Shown here in pieces: positions 13,201-25,200 of a stretch of DNA of 64,000 nt (positions within the stretch are counted from its first letter, which is position 1; each line of letters starts with the position of its first letter). The stretch lies in contig NC_135808.1 of assembly GCF_964213995.1 (NCBI RefSeq), positions 99,510,001 through 99,574,000 on the forward strand, given 5' to 3'. The position numbers were made by a program, and so were the translations under genes. The notes under the pieces were generated by a model. The model did no database searches. It was not told the origin of the DNA and saw nothing but the letters and a program-made list of their open reading frames with translations. Source of the DNA: Mustelus asterias (taxonomy: Eukaryota).

Positions 13201-16200
13201 TCTATGCCTCAATTTTGTAGACCTCTATCAGGGCTCCCCTTAACATCCATTCAAATATATGTTCAAATACAACTCACAATTAATGTACTAAGTTTTAAAA
13301 CTGACAAATACCTAGTCGCTCCTGTAATTTGCATGTACCTTGTTTTTCCCTTCCTTTCTCGTTTCTTTTTGCAATATACCCTTCCCAAAAAACACGGCTG
13401 GAAAACTAATGCTGCTTTTTAATTGCCTACTCAAAAATTGAGGATGTAATTCAGGTTATTCCGATTTGCTCTTCCTCCCACAGGAACACTATTTGGTACT
13501 CGATATCACTCCCTTTGTTGGCATAATTGATATTATGAACTTATTTTTGATAGAGTAGATAGGTAACTTGTCATACTAACCAGTTGCATTGACAGTTTCT
13601 ATTAATGGAACGTTGTTACTCATCAGATATTTAACTGATTTCACGAATACTAAAACATGGAGAGCATGAAGTATTTGCAACTGTGTCTTCAAATTGTTGA
13701 AAACAAAATCAAATGTAATTTTACAGAAATTAATTTTCTAATGGTTCTAATTCAGCATATTTTCAATGTCACACATTACCAGTCTATACAGATCAATGGA
13801 TTTATTTTTTTTAAAATGACAAAGCTTTACTTTGCTGATTTTCATGTATTCTTTAGCCTTTGTGATGTCTCCTTGCTGTTTTGCTCTCAGTGCAGCCAAT
13901 TTATACTCCTTCTGTCTTCCAATCAATAATACTTTTGTCTTTGCATCATCACACCCTGTAAAGCATAAAAACAAAACTGCCTTTAAAAATAGCCAAATTC
14001 ATCTGTAACAAGAATGGCTTTAGATGACTGCTTTAGGCAACATTCCTAATTTGCATTCAAGCTGATTTTGCATCACCCCAAACTGAGACAAGTTGACAAA
14101 CTGCTTCCTGCTTCCGAAATTACCAACCCTTTCTCAAATAGTCACAAAAAAACATTAATCAACAAGACTGCCGATAGTAAAAGTCTACTGAGCAGATTTG
14201 TGCCATGATTCAATTTTGTATAACCTGCCCCATCATGGACTCCACCTGAATTATTTAAACCAGGATAAAATCCTACAAATTTATAATAATTTGATACAAT
14301 ACCTGAGCTATCATTAATTGCCTTGTCAGCAGTAGTGGATACATCCATGATCTCTGACTGACCAGAAGTTACAGACTCTGCGATGCTTTGAGGCTCAGAC
14401 ACGGATGACATCACAGGCAACATGGTAACATTAGGCTTAGGTAGTGCTGCCTCATCTGCTGGTTCTGGTGCATCCTGGTGCAGTTCAGCTATTCCATCTT
14501 TCACACATTCAGCTTCCAAACTTTCTGCACTCAAGCCATCGGATTGGAGAACTGTGGCACTACTTTTACCAGTAGCAACTGGGGGAGGAATTTCGGCTTC
14601 CTCTATCTTTTTACCTTTCTTTGCAGAAGCCAGCATAGTCTGTAGTGTCTATTAAACAGAAGAAACAGATGAAGATTGCACAATCCTTGCCACATTAAAT
14701 AGAATTTAATTTACGAAATAGAACCTTCCTGACAAAACTATAACAAGGGCTCTGCAAATAACTGATCCAAATTATCTGACAGTAGATGGAATACCTCAAT
14801 ATTCTTGTGAAACACCATGGGCTGGATTCTCCGACCTCGCCTGCAACTGGGATTCTCCTGTCCCACTGCAATGAACGGAGATTTGGCTGAGCACCAAAAT
14901 TCTCCATTTTCTCTGGCAGTGCTGGCAGGGCATGAACAGCCAGGGAATTTCAGTCCACAAGTTTAGTTATGAACAGCTCTTTTAGCAAATTGTACAGTAG
15001 GTGTCAAGAGTACACAACACACAACTCTTGCTTTTAAACACAAAATGTTTAATTTCAGCTATGGCAGTACAATGGTAGAGCAATAGAGTTATTGCAAAGA
15101 ATAATTCGAAAATGTCTTAGGTGGCGAGTATATGGAGCTGTACACGAACTGCTGGAATAGTACAAAAGAAATGTTCCTTTTCCCACCTTGCTGGAACATT
15201 AAATCATGGTGAAAATAATGTCAGTAACAATACTATCTTAATGCAAACCATCATTCAAGCGGCTTGGTTAGCTCTTGGTCAAGTCATTAGATGGAACCTC
15301 GCAACACATAAGCTTTAGGTGTGGGCTGGACATAGATCAGCATTAGTATTTTGGCCGATTGTAAAGCAACTCAGTGACAGTCCTAGAGAAGACTTAACTA
15401 CCCTCGTTTTACAGCTTAAACTACAAGAAAGATGCAATACAAATGACATAAACATTTAAAACATACCTTTAGCCCTCGCTCATATCTCCGCATTTTTGAT
15501 GTCTCTCCAGCTTCCTTTGCATTACTAATTGCAACCCTGTACATCTGGAGTCTATTTTCCAGTATATCTTGTAATCCACCAGCATTCACAGAAATTGCAC
15601 TTGACTTGGAAAAAGAAAATAACTTCGAGAAATTGGATTTTATTTTTCAAATCAAAAAGATGACCTTAACTTTACTCAAGTGATTTAAATTTTTGTAACT
15701 GTGTTTTTTTCAGTTCACTAAACATTTATCACCTAATTGTGTTGAATGTCTAAAAATGTGATCTGTGGCTTTATAAAATGGGACAATATTATGTTCCTCT
15801 TACCTACAAATTAAGTTATTAAATGATGCTATTAGTGTAGACTGTGTTTTAAAATGTAGCTTTGCATTAGGCTAGACTTAAACTAGATCTGATGCAAACT
15901 CCAAGTACCTCATCTGTGTCTAGAAGTAACATTGCTGCCATAACTTCCAAATTATATAGTCACTGTTGCAACTGCATCCCTGCTGATATACATACAAACA
16001 TATGAATTAGGAGCAAGAGTAGGCCATTCGGCCCCTTGAGCCTGCTCCATAATATGTTAAAATCATGGTTGATCTGAATGTGGCTTCAACACCATTTTCC
16101 CCAGTACCTTTGACTCCTTTGGAATCACGAATCTAATTCATTGAATATAGTCAATGACCCATCCTCTACTGCTCTATACGAAGTGAATTCCACACACTAA

Positions 16201-19200
16201 TGACCCGCAGAAAAAAATTCTTAACATCTCCTTAAATGGATGACCTTTATTGTTAAACTGTGTCCCCTATTTCTAGTCTCTCTGATAAGTGGAAAAAATC
16301 TGCCTAACAACCACCCTGTGGAGTAACCTCAGAATCTTATGTAAGATCACCTCTCATTTTTCTAAACTCCAATGGATATAAGCCTAACTTGTTCAACCTT
16401 TCCTCATAAGATAACATCTTCATCCCAGTAATCAGTCAAATGAACTTTTTTTGAACTACTTCTAATGCAATTTGGTCTCTCAAGGAGACCAAAACTGTAC
16501 ACAGTACTCCAGGTGTGATCTCACTACTGCTGTGGCAAAATTTCCCTATTTTTATATTCTAAATCCTTGCAAAAATATTACAACATTCAATCTGTGTGGT
16601 ACTAAAGGTTAAGTTTTTTTAAGTAAATAGCTCTGAAAAGATACAAGAATAATCTTTTATTTTTAAAAACAGTGTTTACCTGAGACTGAGAAACAGGAAG
16701 TTGATTCACTGGTCCTGGAGCACACACTATGGGAACAGGTGCATCTGTAGATTCTTCTTCCTCGTCCTCCTCCTCCTGAACCATTTCCTTTAGCTCTGCC
16801 TTAGTTATAAAATAAAATAATTTTACTTGTATGGTTTTGTTTTGCATACTCTCCTTTACCACTATGCTATCCAATGCATTACCATACCACTGAAAAATTA
16901 ACTAGTGCAAAACATAGGTTAATTAGTGGAAACAACAAAGTTGCAATTGGAATATTAATTGTAGTCCCTTTTTGCACCTTAACCCTTTGGAAGGTTAACA
17001 AGAAGTTTGAGGTAGCAGACGGACAGGTGCTATGTACAGGATTTGTGAAACAAAGCGAGGAACGAATGGACATAATTTAAAAGGATACTTTCAGAGGTGC
17101 TTACATAAAGGATTAACTTTAAACAGAGTTAACATTTATGGCTTCAAAAACTATTCTGAGAATAACATGAATAAAACAATCATCCATGACTCCAAACATC
17201 TAAATCTTATTTAAAGACCCGATTTAAAAACACATATTTGATACGATAAAAGGGAAATGCCATAGATTCAAATTGTTTATTAAAATAATTGTTGCATGGA
17301 TAATCAAGCTTTGTAATTAGCTTTATTTAACCAATGCTAGGTTGGCTAATTCATAACTGTTCAAAAGATAGATTACAAGAATTTCCTACATGGTTTACTG
17401 GATTAAAGCACCACCTCGCAGGATTCAGAGCCAGCATGTTGAGAGGTCTGCATAGAATTGGGTGACTTAATCTCGGTGAGGGGACGGAGAGGATAAAAAA
17501 AAAATCAGCCACAATTTCAGTGACACATTTTGGATCACTGCACTTATATAAACATCAGCTAAGGACAAGATTACACTTGGCCATGACCCCATAATTAGAA
17601 ATCTGACATTCATCACACGTACAGACAATGCTGCTACCTTCAAAAATGAAGGGGAAAGATAAAAAAAGAGGGAATTTTTAAAAAGAAAGGAACACTGCAA
17701 CTTTATACATAATAAATGGCATTCATATATAATGAAAAATATTTAGGAATAATAGTAATAAAACCCAAATTCCACCAAATATAACCTTATAAAATATTTT
17801 TTAAAGAAACCGATGAAAGATTAAATCTATTAGAATAAATCTATTAGAATTAATTCCATGGCAATAAGGAGACCCGTGAACAAATGGGAATTAAATAACT
17901 GTGTCTATATTTGTAACAAAAAAAAAGTTCTTCAATTACTACAAGCAACAATATTTGAAAAGAGAGTTCTAAATGTAACTAATTTATCCTGGAATCATAG
18001 AAATGCTACAGTGCAGAAGAGGCCATTTGGCCCATCGACTGCACTGACTGTAAAGAGAGTGTATTTTACCCAGGCACTCTCCCCTGCCCTATCCCTGTAA
18101 TTCCACACATTTACCATGGCTAATCCCATCTAACCTACACATCTTTGGACACTAAGGGGCAATTTTGCATGTCCAACCCACCTAACCTGCACATCTTTGG
18201 ACTGTGGGAGGAAATTAGATAACCCGGAGGAACCCCATGCACAGGGAGAATGTGCAAATTCCACATAGTCACCCAAGACCAGAACTGAACCAGGGTCCCT
18301 AGAGCTATGAGGCAGCAACGCTAACCACTGTGTCTCACGGCTAACCTATCACGATCCTCAATATTGTACTTATTTATCTATCCAAGCTATGCCCCAAGAC
18401 TTCAAATTACCAAAAGTTCTTCATCATTTTCCAGATCATCTTCGTCATCTTCATCCACATCCTTCATACATTCCTCAGCCATTTGTTCTATATGGTCCAT
18501 TGGCAAAGGTGCTGTGGATAAAAAACACCAGGTCAAAGAAAACAGTCTTGACTCATTGCGCAAGCTAGACAAATCTTCCATCCATGTTTTAAATCCTCAT
18601 GAATTTGGTCTTTTCAATCTGACCGTGAGCTCTCACCCACATTCCTGCATGGCAAACTCTGCTGACTCTCTCCTAGATCCTGGCAGACTGCCCGTGTCTG
18701 AGAATTTCAGGGATATCTTAGAAACCCTTCCCTTGTCAAAACCAATCTCTATAGCAGCATGAATCACATGGGCCTTGTTTTCAGGTGAAACTGCTGATTT
18801 GCTCTCTCAAGGCTCCAGTGCTCTTTTATCTTGAAGCAAATGGATAATGCAAAGCATAACTGCTTATAACCCAATACAGTCACCATCCTGGGACTTGAGA
18901 CTAGCAGTCCCACTGTTACTGTAGCACCATAAACATAGGTGCTGCTGCCATTGTATCCAAATTTGAAAACCTTAAACCTCTTTCCCACAAATCAACCCAG
19001 GCCTCCCTTTTTAACAGCCACATTTGTTGTTAGGTAGACTTCAGAACAGGTTAAGGTTAAAGTTAAAGTTTATTTATTACAAGTAAGGCTTACATTAACA
19101 CTGCAATGAAGTTACTGTGAAGGTCCCCTAGTCGCCACACTCTGGCGCCTGTTTGGGTCAATGCACCTAACCAGTGCATCTTTCAGACTGTGGGAGGAAA

Positions 19201-22200
19201 CCGGAGCACACGGAGGAAACCCACACAGACATGGAGAGAATGTGCAAATTCCACACAGACAGTGTCCCAAGCCGGGAATCGAACCCGGGTCCCTGGTGCA
19301 GTGAGGCTGCAGTGCTAACCACTGTGCCACCATGCCGCCCGCCCCCCTCCCCCCCCCCCCCCCCCATTCATTTTATCCTAAATTAAAGGCACAATCCCAA
19401 AACATAATCTTATTAAACCTCGTATTTATAATAATTCAAATGGCACGGTTAAGTTGATTCCCATGAACGATGTCCCTACAATAGAATTCTCTACATATAA
19501 ATGTTAAGATATAGCTGGACTCATCATCTCTCCCACTTAAAAGATAACCATTGCCTCTTCTCCTCTGTCTCTCACTATAGGTAGTATTGTTGTTTTAAGA
19601 AGCTTTCTGTTATTCACATCCATGGCCCTATTTGCTATTCCCTTGACATTAGGTAGACCACATTTGTGAAAAACTTGACTAGCACCAGTGTCAAATCCTT
19701 TAGGTACTTGCAGCCAAGAGATTGCTTCGAGAAGACAAAGCAATATATGTACAAATTTAAAAGGGAAGGATATTTTACTGTACTTTCACATAATTCTTAA
19801 TATGGTAGTAAGAGATGCCTACACATCATCTAACCCAGTATTGTCCAATAGAACTTTCTGACTACCCACAAGTGTGGCTACAGTGACAATGTTTTAGTTA
19901 ACTGCTCTAATTTTGGTAGAAATGCCTTGCACACAATACAGGTAAATGTAATTCACGTGTATATTTCCATAACCATTGGTATGGAACTTTGAAATCTTTC
20001 TCTTTCACCAAAATTTGGAATCAGTTTGTCAGACAGCACATCTTAATTATGAACAATACTTTGACTTCATAGTGGTTGCTAAGAATGTTGACATGCACAA
20101 ATGAAACTTGGCTGGTCTCATCCAGGATTCGCCATCCAGAACATGATTGGATGGTGTTTGTCGTTTGTCACAATGTGGTCTTTTGGAGGTGCTCATTATC
20201 ACCTGTGCTTTTTCCTGCAGGCCTGAAGCAGTCGTTCCAATTATGAGCTGGCTCCTGTGACAGCTGCATTATCACATACATTGTTGATGTATTCCCATGG
20301 TGCTGAACTCTATGTTTTCACCCATTTTACATAACATTTCAGCAGATTACCTCATTGTTTGTACTCAACCAATAAACAGTAACCAATGATCAAAAAAATC
20401 TCAAAAAATAAACCCTTTCACAAAATGTCTGTTCCAAGCGGTTTCTGACCTAAAGTTGCTGTAACATTTAAGTTATGTGGCAATTCAGCAGAATGCCTTT
20501 CCCTTTAACAAGTTACTCAACTAGAGGTTTCATAATGTTTTTCTAGGAAGTTTTTCCAGAAGTATTTTCATTTGCTTTCAAATCTACAGCAAAATTCATA
20601 GCTTAAAAATGCAAAATTAAGGTCTTAGAAAGTTGTCAAAACCGTCTACTTGTTCAGTTGTTTTTTCCAATGAAAAAATTACATAGCAGGCCAACTCCTA
20701 AGTCTATACCATGACAAAAGTGTAGTGCCCATACATGGTGGGCTTAGCTTTCTAATTTTTCATTAAAATTAACAGTAACGTCACTATTTAGAACAAGTAT
20801 TTAACTTATAGAATGAAAGGGTCTCAGAGGTAATAGCAGCTTTTAATTCCAACAAGGATAAACCAGAAAAGTTGAGGATAAACCAAGATTGTACTGACTT
20901 TTTTCTTCAGGCTTTGGCTTCGTGGCTGGTTTCTTTCCAGTTATTTCAGCCAATTCTGCTTCCAGATCCCCATCATCACCATCCTCTTCTGTATCCATCA
21001 TTATATCTTCACATGAAAAGTCTACAAACAGACCAAGCTGCAGCAGAGAGCAAAAACATCAGTGTCACAAGACTCTCATGCAATTTCCTGTTAACCTAAT
21101 ATAAGCAGTGAAGTTATTTAATTACACATGTGGTATGGTAATTAGCTTACGAATTACCATTTACAGCAACCCATTTCAGACGTCCCCACTCCCTTTACCC
21201 ACGCCCCCTTCCTATCATGTGCGGCCCACCCTCATAGCCCCCTCCTCTCATGCACCCCCATATCTCCCTTCCTCTCACATGGGCCCCACCCCCTTCCTCA
21301 CACGCGACCCCCTCATATGCAGTTATGTGCATGTTCACCTGGGCGCACAAAATCTGATGACATATCTTCCCCTGTAGCAATAGTAGGTTGTGCCTTGTAG
21401 CAATATTACTGTAATTTGTTTTATAGATTAAGCTTCTGTAAAACAACAGTGCCTAAAGTGATAATTTTTTTTGAGTCTAACCAAGTAAGAATCTATTGAG
21501 GATATGTTCTACAAGACTAATTTTAACTGCATAAATGAAATCTTGTGCATTTAAGTTTTCTTTTGTTAATACATGTTTTAATCAACTATTTAAAATCTCC
21601 AAAACTCTATTGGAATGAGATTCCTGACTTCAGCACACATATCTTCTCGGAATAAAATCCAAATAGAAAATTGCTGTGATAACTCGCCAAGTTTACCCTT
21701 GGGATTTGGTTAGCATCTGCCAGATCATAGCATCATCAATTAAATCTTGTTTGTAATGTTTTCATGTCCTGTTTTGCTTTAAGAAATCTTTATTTCCCAC
21801 TCCTGAAAATGATGGCTTGTGCTAGGCTTTAATTACAGGGGATTTCTCTGGAACCCTGGACAAGGAATCACTTCTCATAGGTGCTCATACATATTTGATT
21901 TGATTTATTGTCACATGTATTGGTATACAGTGAAAAGTATTGTTTCTTGCACACTATACAAAGCATACCGTACAGAGGAGAGTGTAGTGTTGCAGTCATA
22001 GCTAGGGTGTAGAGAAAGATCAACTTAATGCAAGGTAGGTCTATTAAAAAGTTGATGGCAGCAGGGAAGAAGCTGTTCTCGAGTCGGTTGGTAAGTGTCC
22101 TCAGAATTTGGTATCTTTTTGCCGACGGAAGAAGGTGGAAGAGAGCATGTCCGGAATGCATGAGGTCCTTGATTATGTTGGCTGCTTTTCTGACGCAGCA

Positions 22201-25200
22201 GGAAGTGTGGACAGTGTCAATGGATGGGAATCTGGTTTATGTGATGGACTGCGCTTCGTTCATGATCCTTTGTAGTTTCTTGCAGTCTTGGACAGAGCAG
22301 GAGCCATACCAAGCTGTGATACAACCAGAAAGAATGCTTTCTATGGTGCATCTGTAAAGGTTGGTGAGCGAGGGGCGGCACAGTGGTTAGCACTGCTGCC
22401 TCACAGCACCAGGGACCCGGGTTCAATTCTAGCCTCGGGTCACTGTCTATGTGGAGTTTGCACATTCTCCCAGTGTCTGCGTGTTTTTCCTCCGAGTGCT
22501 CCAGCTTACTCACACAGTCCAAAGATGAGAGTGTTAGGATGATTGGCCATGCTAAATTAACCCTAGTGTCAGGGAGATTAGCAGGGTAAATATGAGGGGC
22601 TAAGGGATTAAGGCCTGGGTTGTCGCTGGTGCAGACTCGATGAGCCGAATGAACTCCTTCTGCACTGTAAGGATGCTATGATTCATAGCGGACATGCCAA
22701 ATTTCCTTATTCTCCTGAGAAAGTAGCAGCTTTGATGGGCTTTCTTAACTATAGCGTCAGCATGGAGGTTGTTGGTGATCTGAATAACTAAACACTTGAA
22801 GCTCGACCATTTCCACTACACTTCCTGAAGTTCGATGACTATCTCCTTTGTTTTGTTTACATTGAAAGGAGAGATTATTGTCATTGCACCAATTCACCAG
22901 ATTCTCTCTCCCTTTCCTGTACTCTGTCGCGTCATTGTTTGAGATCTGACCCACTACGGTGGTGTCATCAGCAAACTTGAAAATCGAGTTGGTGGGGAAT
23001 TAGGCCACACAGTCATAGGCATATGAGTATAGTAAGGGGCTCAGGACACAGCCTTGCTGGGCACTGGTGTTGAGGATGATCATGGAGGTGGTGTTGTTGC
23101 CTATCCTTAGTGATTGCAGTCTGTAGGTTAGGAAGTCTGGGATCCAGTCACAGAGGGAGGAGCTGAGCCCCAGGCCATGGAGTTTGGAGATGGGTTTCAT
23201 AGGAATAATGGTGTTGAAGGCTGAGCTGTTGTCAATAAATAGGAATCTGACATAGGCATCTTGGTGTTCCAGGCCTGGATTGCAAGTGTTAATATGTTAT
23301 TTGACTATAAAATATTTCATAGCTGGAAACTCATGACCTGATCCAATAAAATACCCTCCAGCAAGATGCTCTAACTAGAGATAATGCACAGGAATCATTT
23401 TCCCTTCCATAACCTTGAGTTCAGTGTTCATGACACTATTCTGGTTGGCATCAACGGAATTAGTATTTTAGGAATCAAACCTGGATTCATCCTAGTCTTT
23501 AATATTCAATACTATACAGTTGTTTGGGGCCTGGTCAGAATTTACCCAGTGAGCTATTAGGCAAATAATACATAAATTATTCAAACATTTATCTTAATCC
23601 TCCTGTAAGGACAACATATACCACAAATGACACAGCATTGCAAATTTTACACCCGAATTGAATTTCCATGCGATGCATAATATCCAAACTACAACTGATA
23701 AAAAACCTTTTTTCGAACAGCCGCAATTTTCAGCCAACTCATCAACTTTAGCAAACAATAGTTACTGTAAACTGTCTGGAAATATAACCCGCACTAATGT
23801 GCCATCCAGCAAGCCAGAAAACAATCCAAAGTGAAAACAAGTGAAAAGGATAAAATAAAACAACAATAATAGCAGAACTACACAGATTTAATTTTTTAAA
23901 AATACATTATCCAGGAACTCAGTTATGTATTGCCTTTTGCTGCTGGGCCAAGATTCAAATCAGGGTCAGACAGATGAGATAAAAGTCTCCCACTGGCCCC
24001 GTGTGAAATGAGTTTGGCTGGTATTAATCTAGTTCATAGTAAACTACTCCTACAACTAACTGGCAATATCACCCCATTGATAAATTTATAAAATGTAAAA
24101 GGTAGCTGGCATGTGAAATAAAAGTGCCACAATGTTACAGTCAGGGTACTTTTCTGGAGTTGGAATAAGGCATATTGCTGAGGCAGTCGAAAGAGCTGTG
24201 CTTCACATCCAGCTGTGCTTCACATCCAGCTGTGCTTCACATCCAGCTGTGCTTGCCACTGAGTAAAATGTGAACAGCTTTATTCCCCAGCACTGACATC
24301 CCTCAAATCGATGAATACAAGTCACATACAATCATTCAGGGGCGGCACGGTAGCACAGTGGTTAGCACTGCTGCTTCACAGCTCCAGGGACCTGGGTTCG
24401 ATTCCCGGCTTGGGTCACTGTCTGTGTGGAGTTTGCACATTCTCCTCATGTCTGCGTGGGTTTCCTCCGGGTGCTCCGGTTTCCTCCCACAGTCCAAAGA
24501 TGTGCGGGTTAGGTTGATTGGCCATGCTAAAATTGCCCTTAGTGTCCTGGGATGTGTAGATTAGTGGGTAAAATATGTAGGGATATGGGGGTAGGGTCTG
24601 GGTGGGATTGTGGTCGGTGCAGACTCGATGGGCCGAATGGCCTCTTTCTGTACTGCAGGGTTTCTATGATTTCTATGATTTTCTATGATTCACTTGATAC
24701 GTGCCACCATTCCTTCATTGTAACCAGCTCAAAATCTTTGACTTCCCTAGTTGTGCCAGCACCATCAACACAAGGACTGCAGGAAATCAAGGCCCAGAAC
24801 AATCTTTCCAGGGCGAGTGGGGATGGCCAATAAATGCAGCTTTGCCAGGGTCAATCAAACCTTCAAACAAAAGTAAATAACACAAAGCTCTTTACATTGC
24901 TGAGTTTAATACCATCCCACTATTAGAATCTCTCAGTGTAGAAGGAGGGCATTTGGCCCATCGAGTCTGCACTGACCACAATCCCACCAAGGCCCTACCC
25001 TCATAATCCCAGATATTTACCCTTGCTAATCCCTGTGACACTAAGGGACAATTTAGCATGGCCAATCCACCTTACCTGCACATCTTTGGACTGTGGGAAG
25101 AAACCAGAGCACCCGGAGGTAACCCATGCAGACACGGGGAGAACATGCGAACTCCACACAGACAGTGACCTGAGGCCGGAATTGAACCCAGGTCCTGGCG

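Noticed and set aside
24338-24420. tRNA gene candidates with A and B boxes (many copies)
   Set aside because: These are SINE heads that continue into the V domain and LINE-like tail, not tRNA genes.
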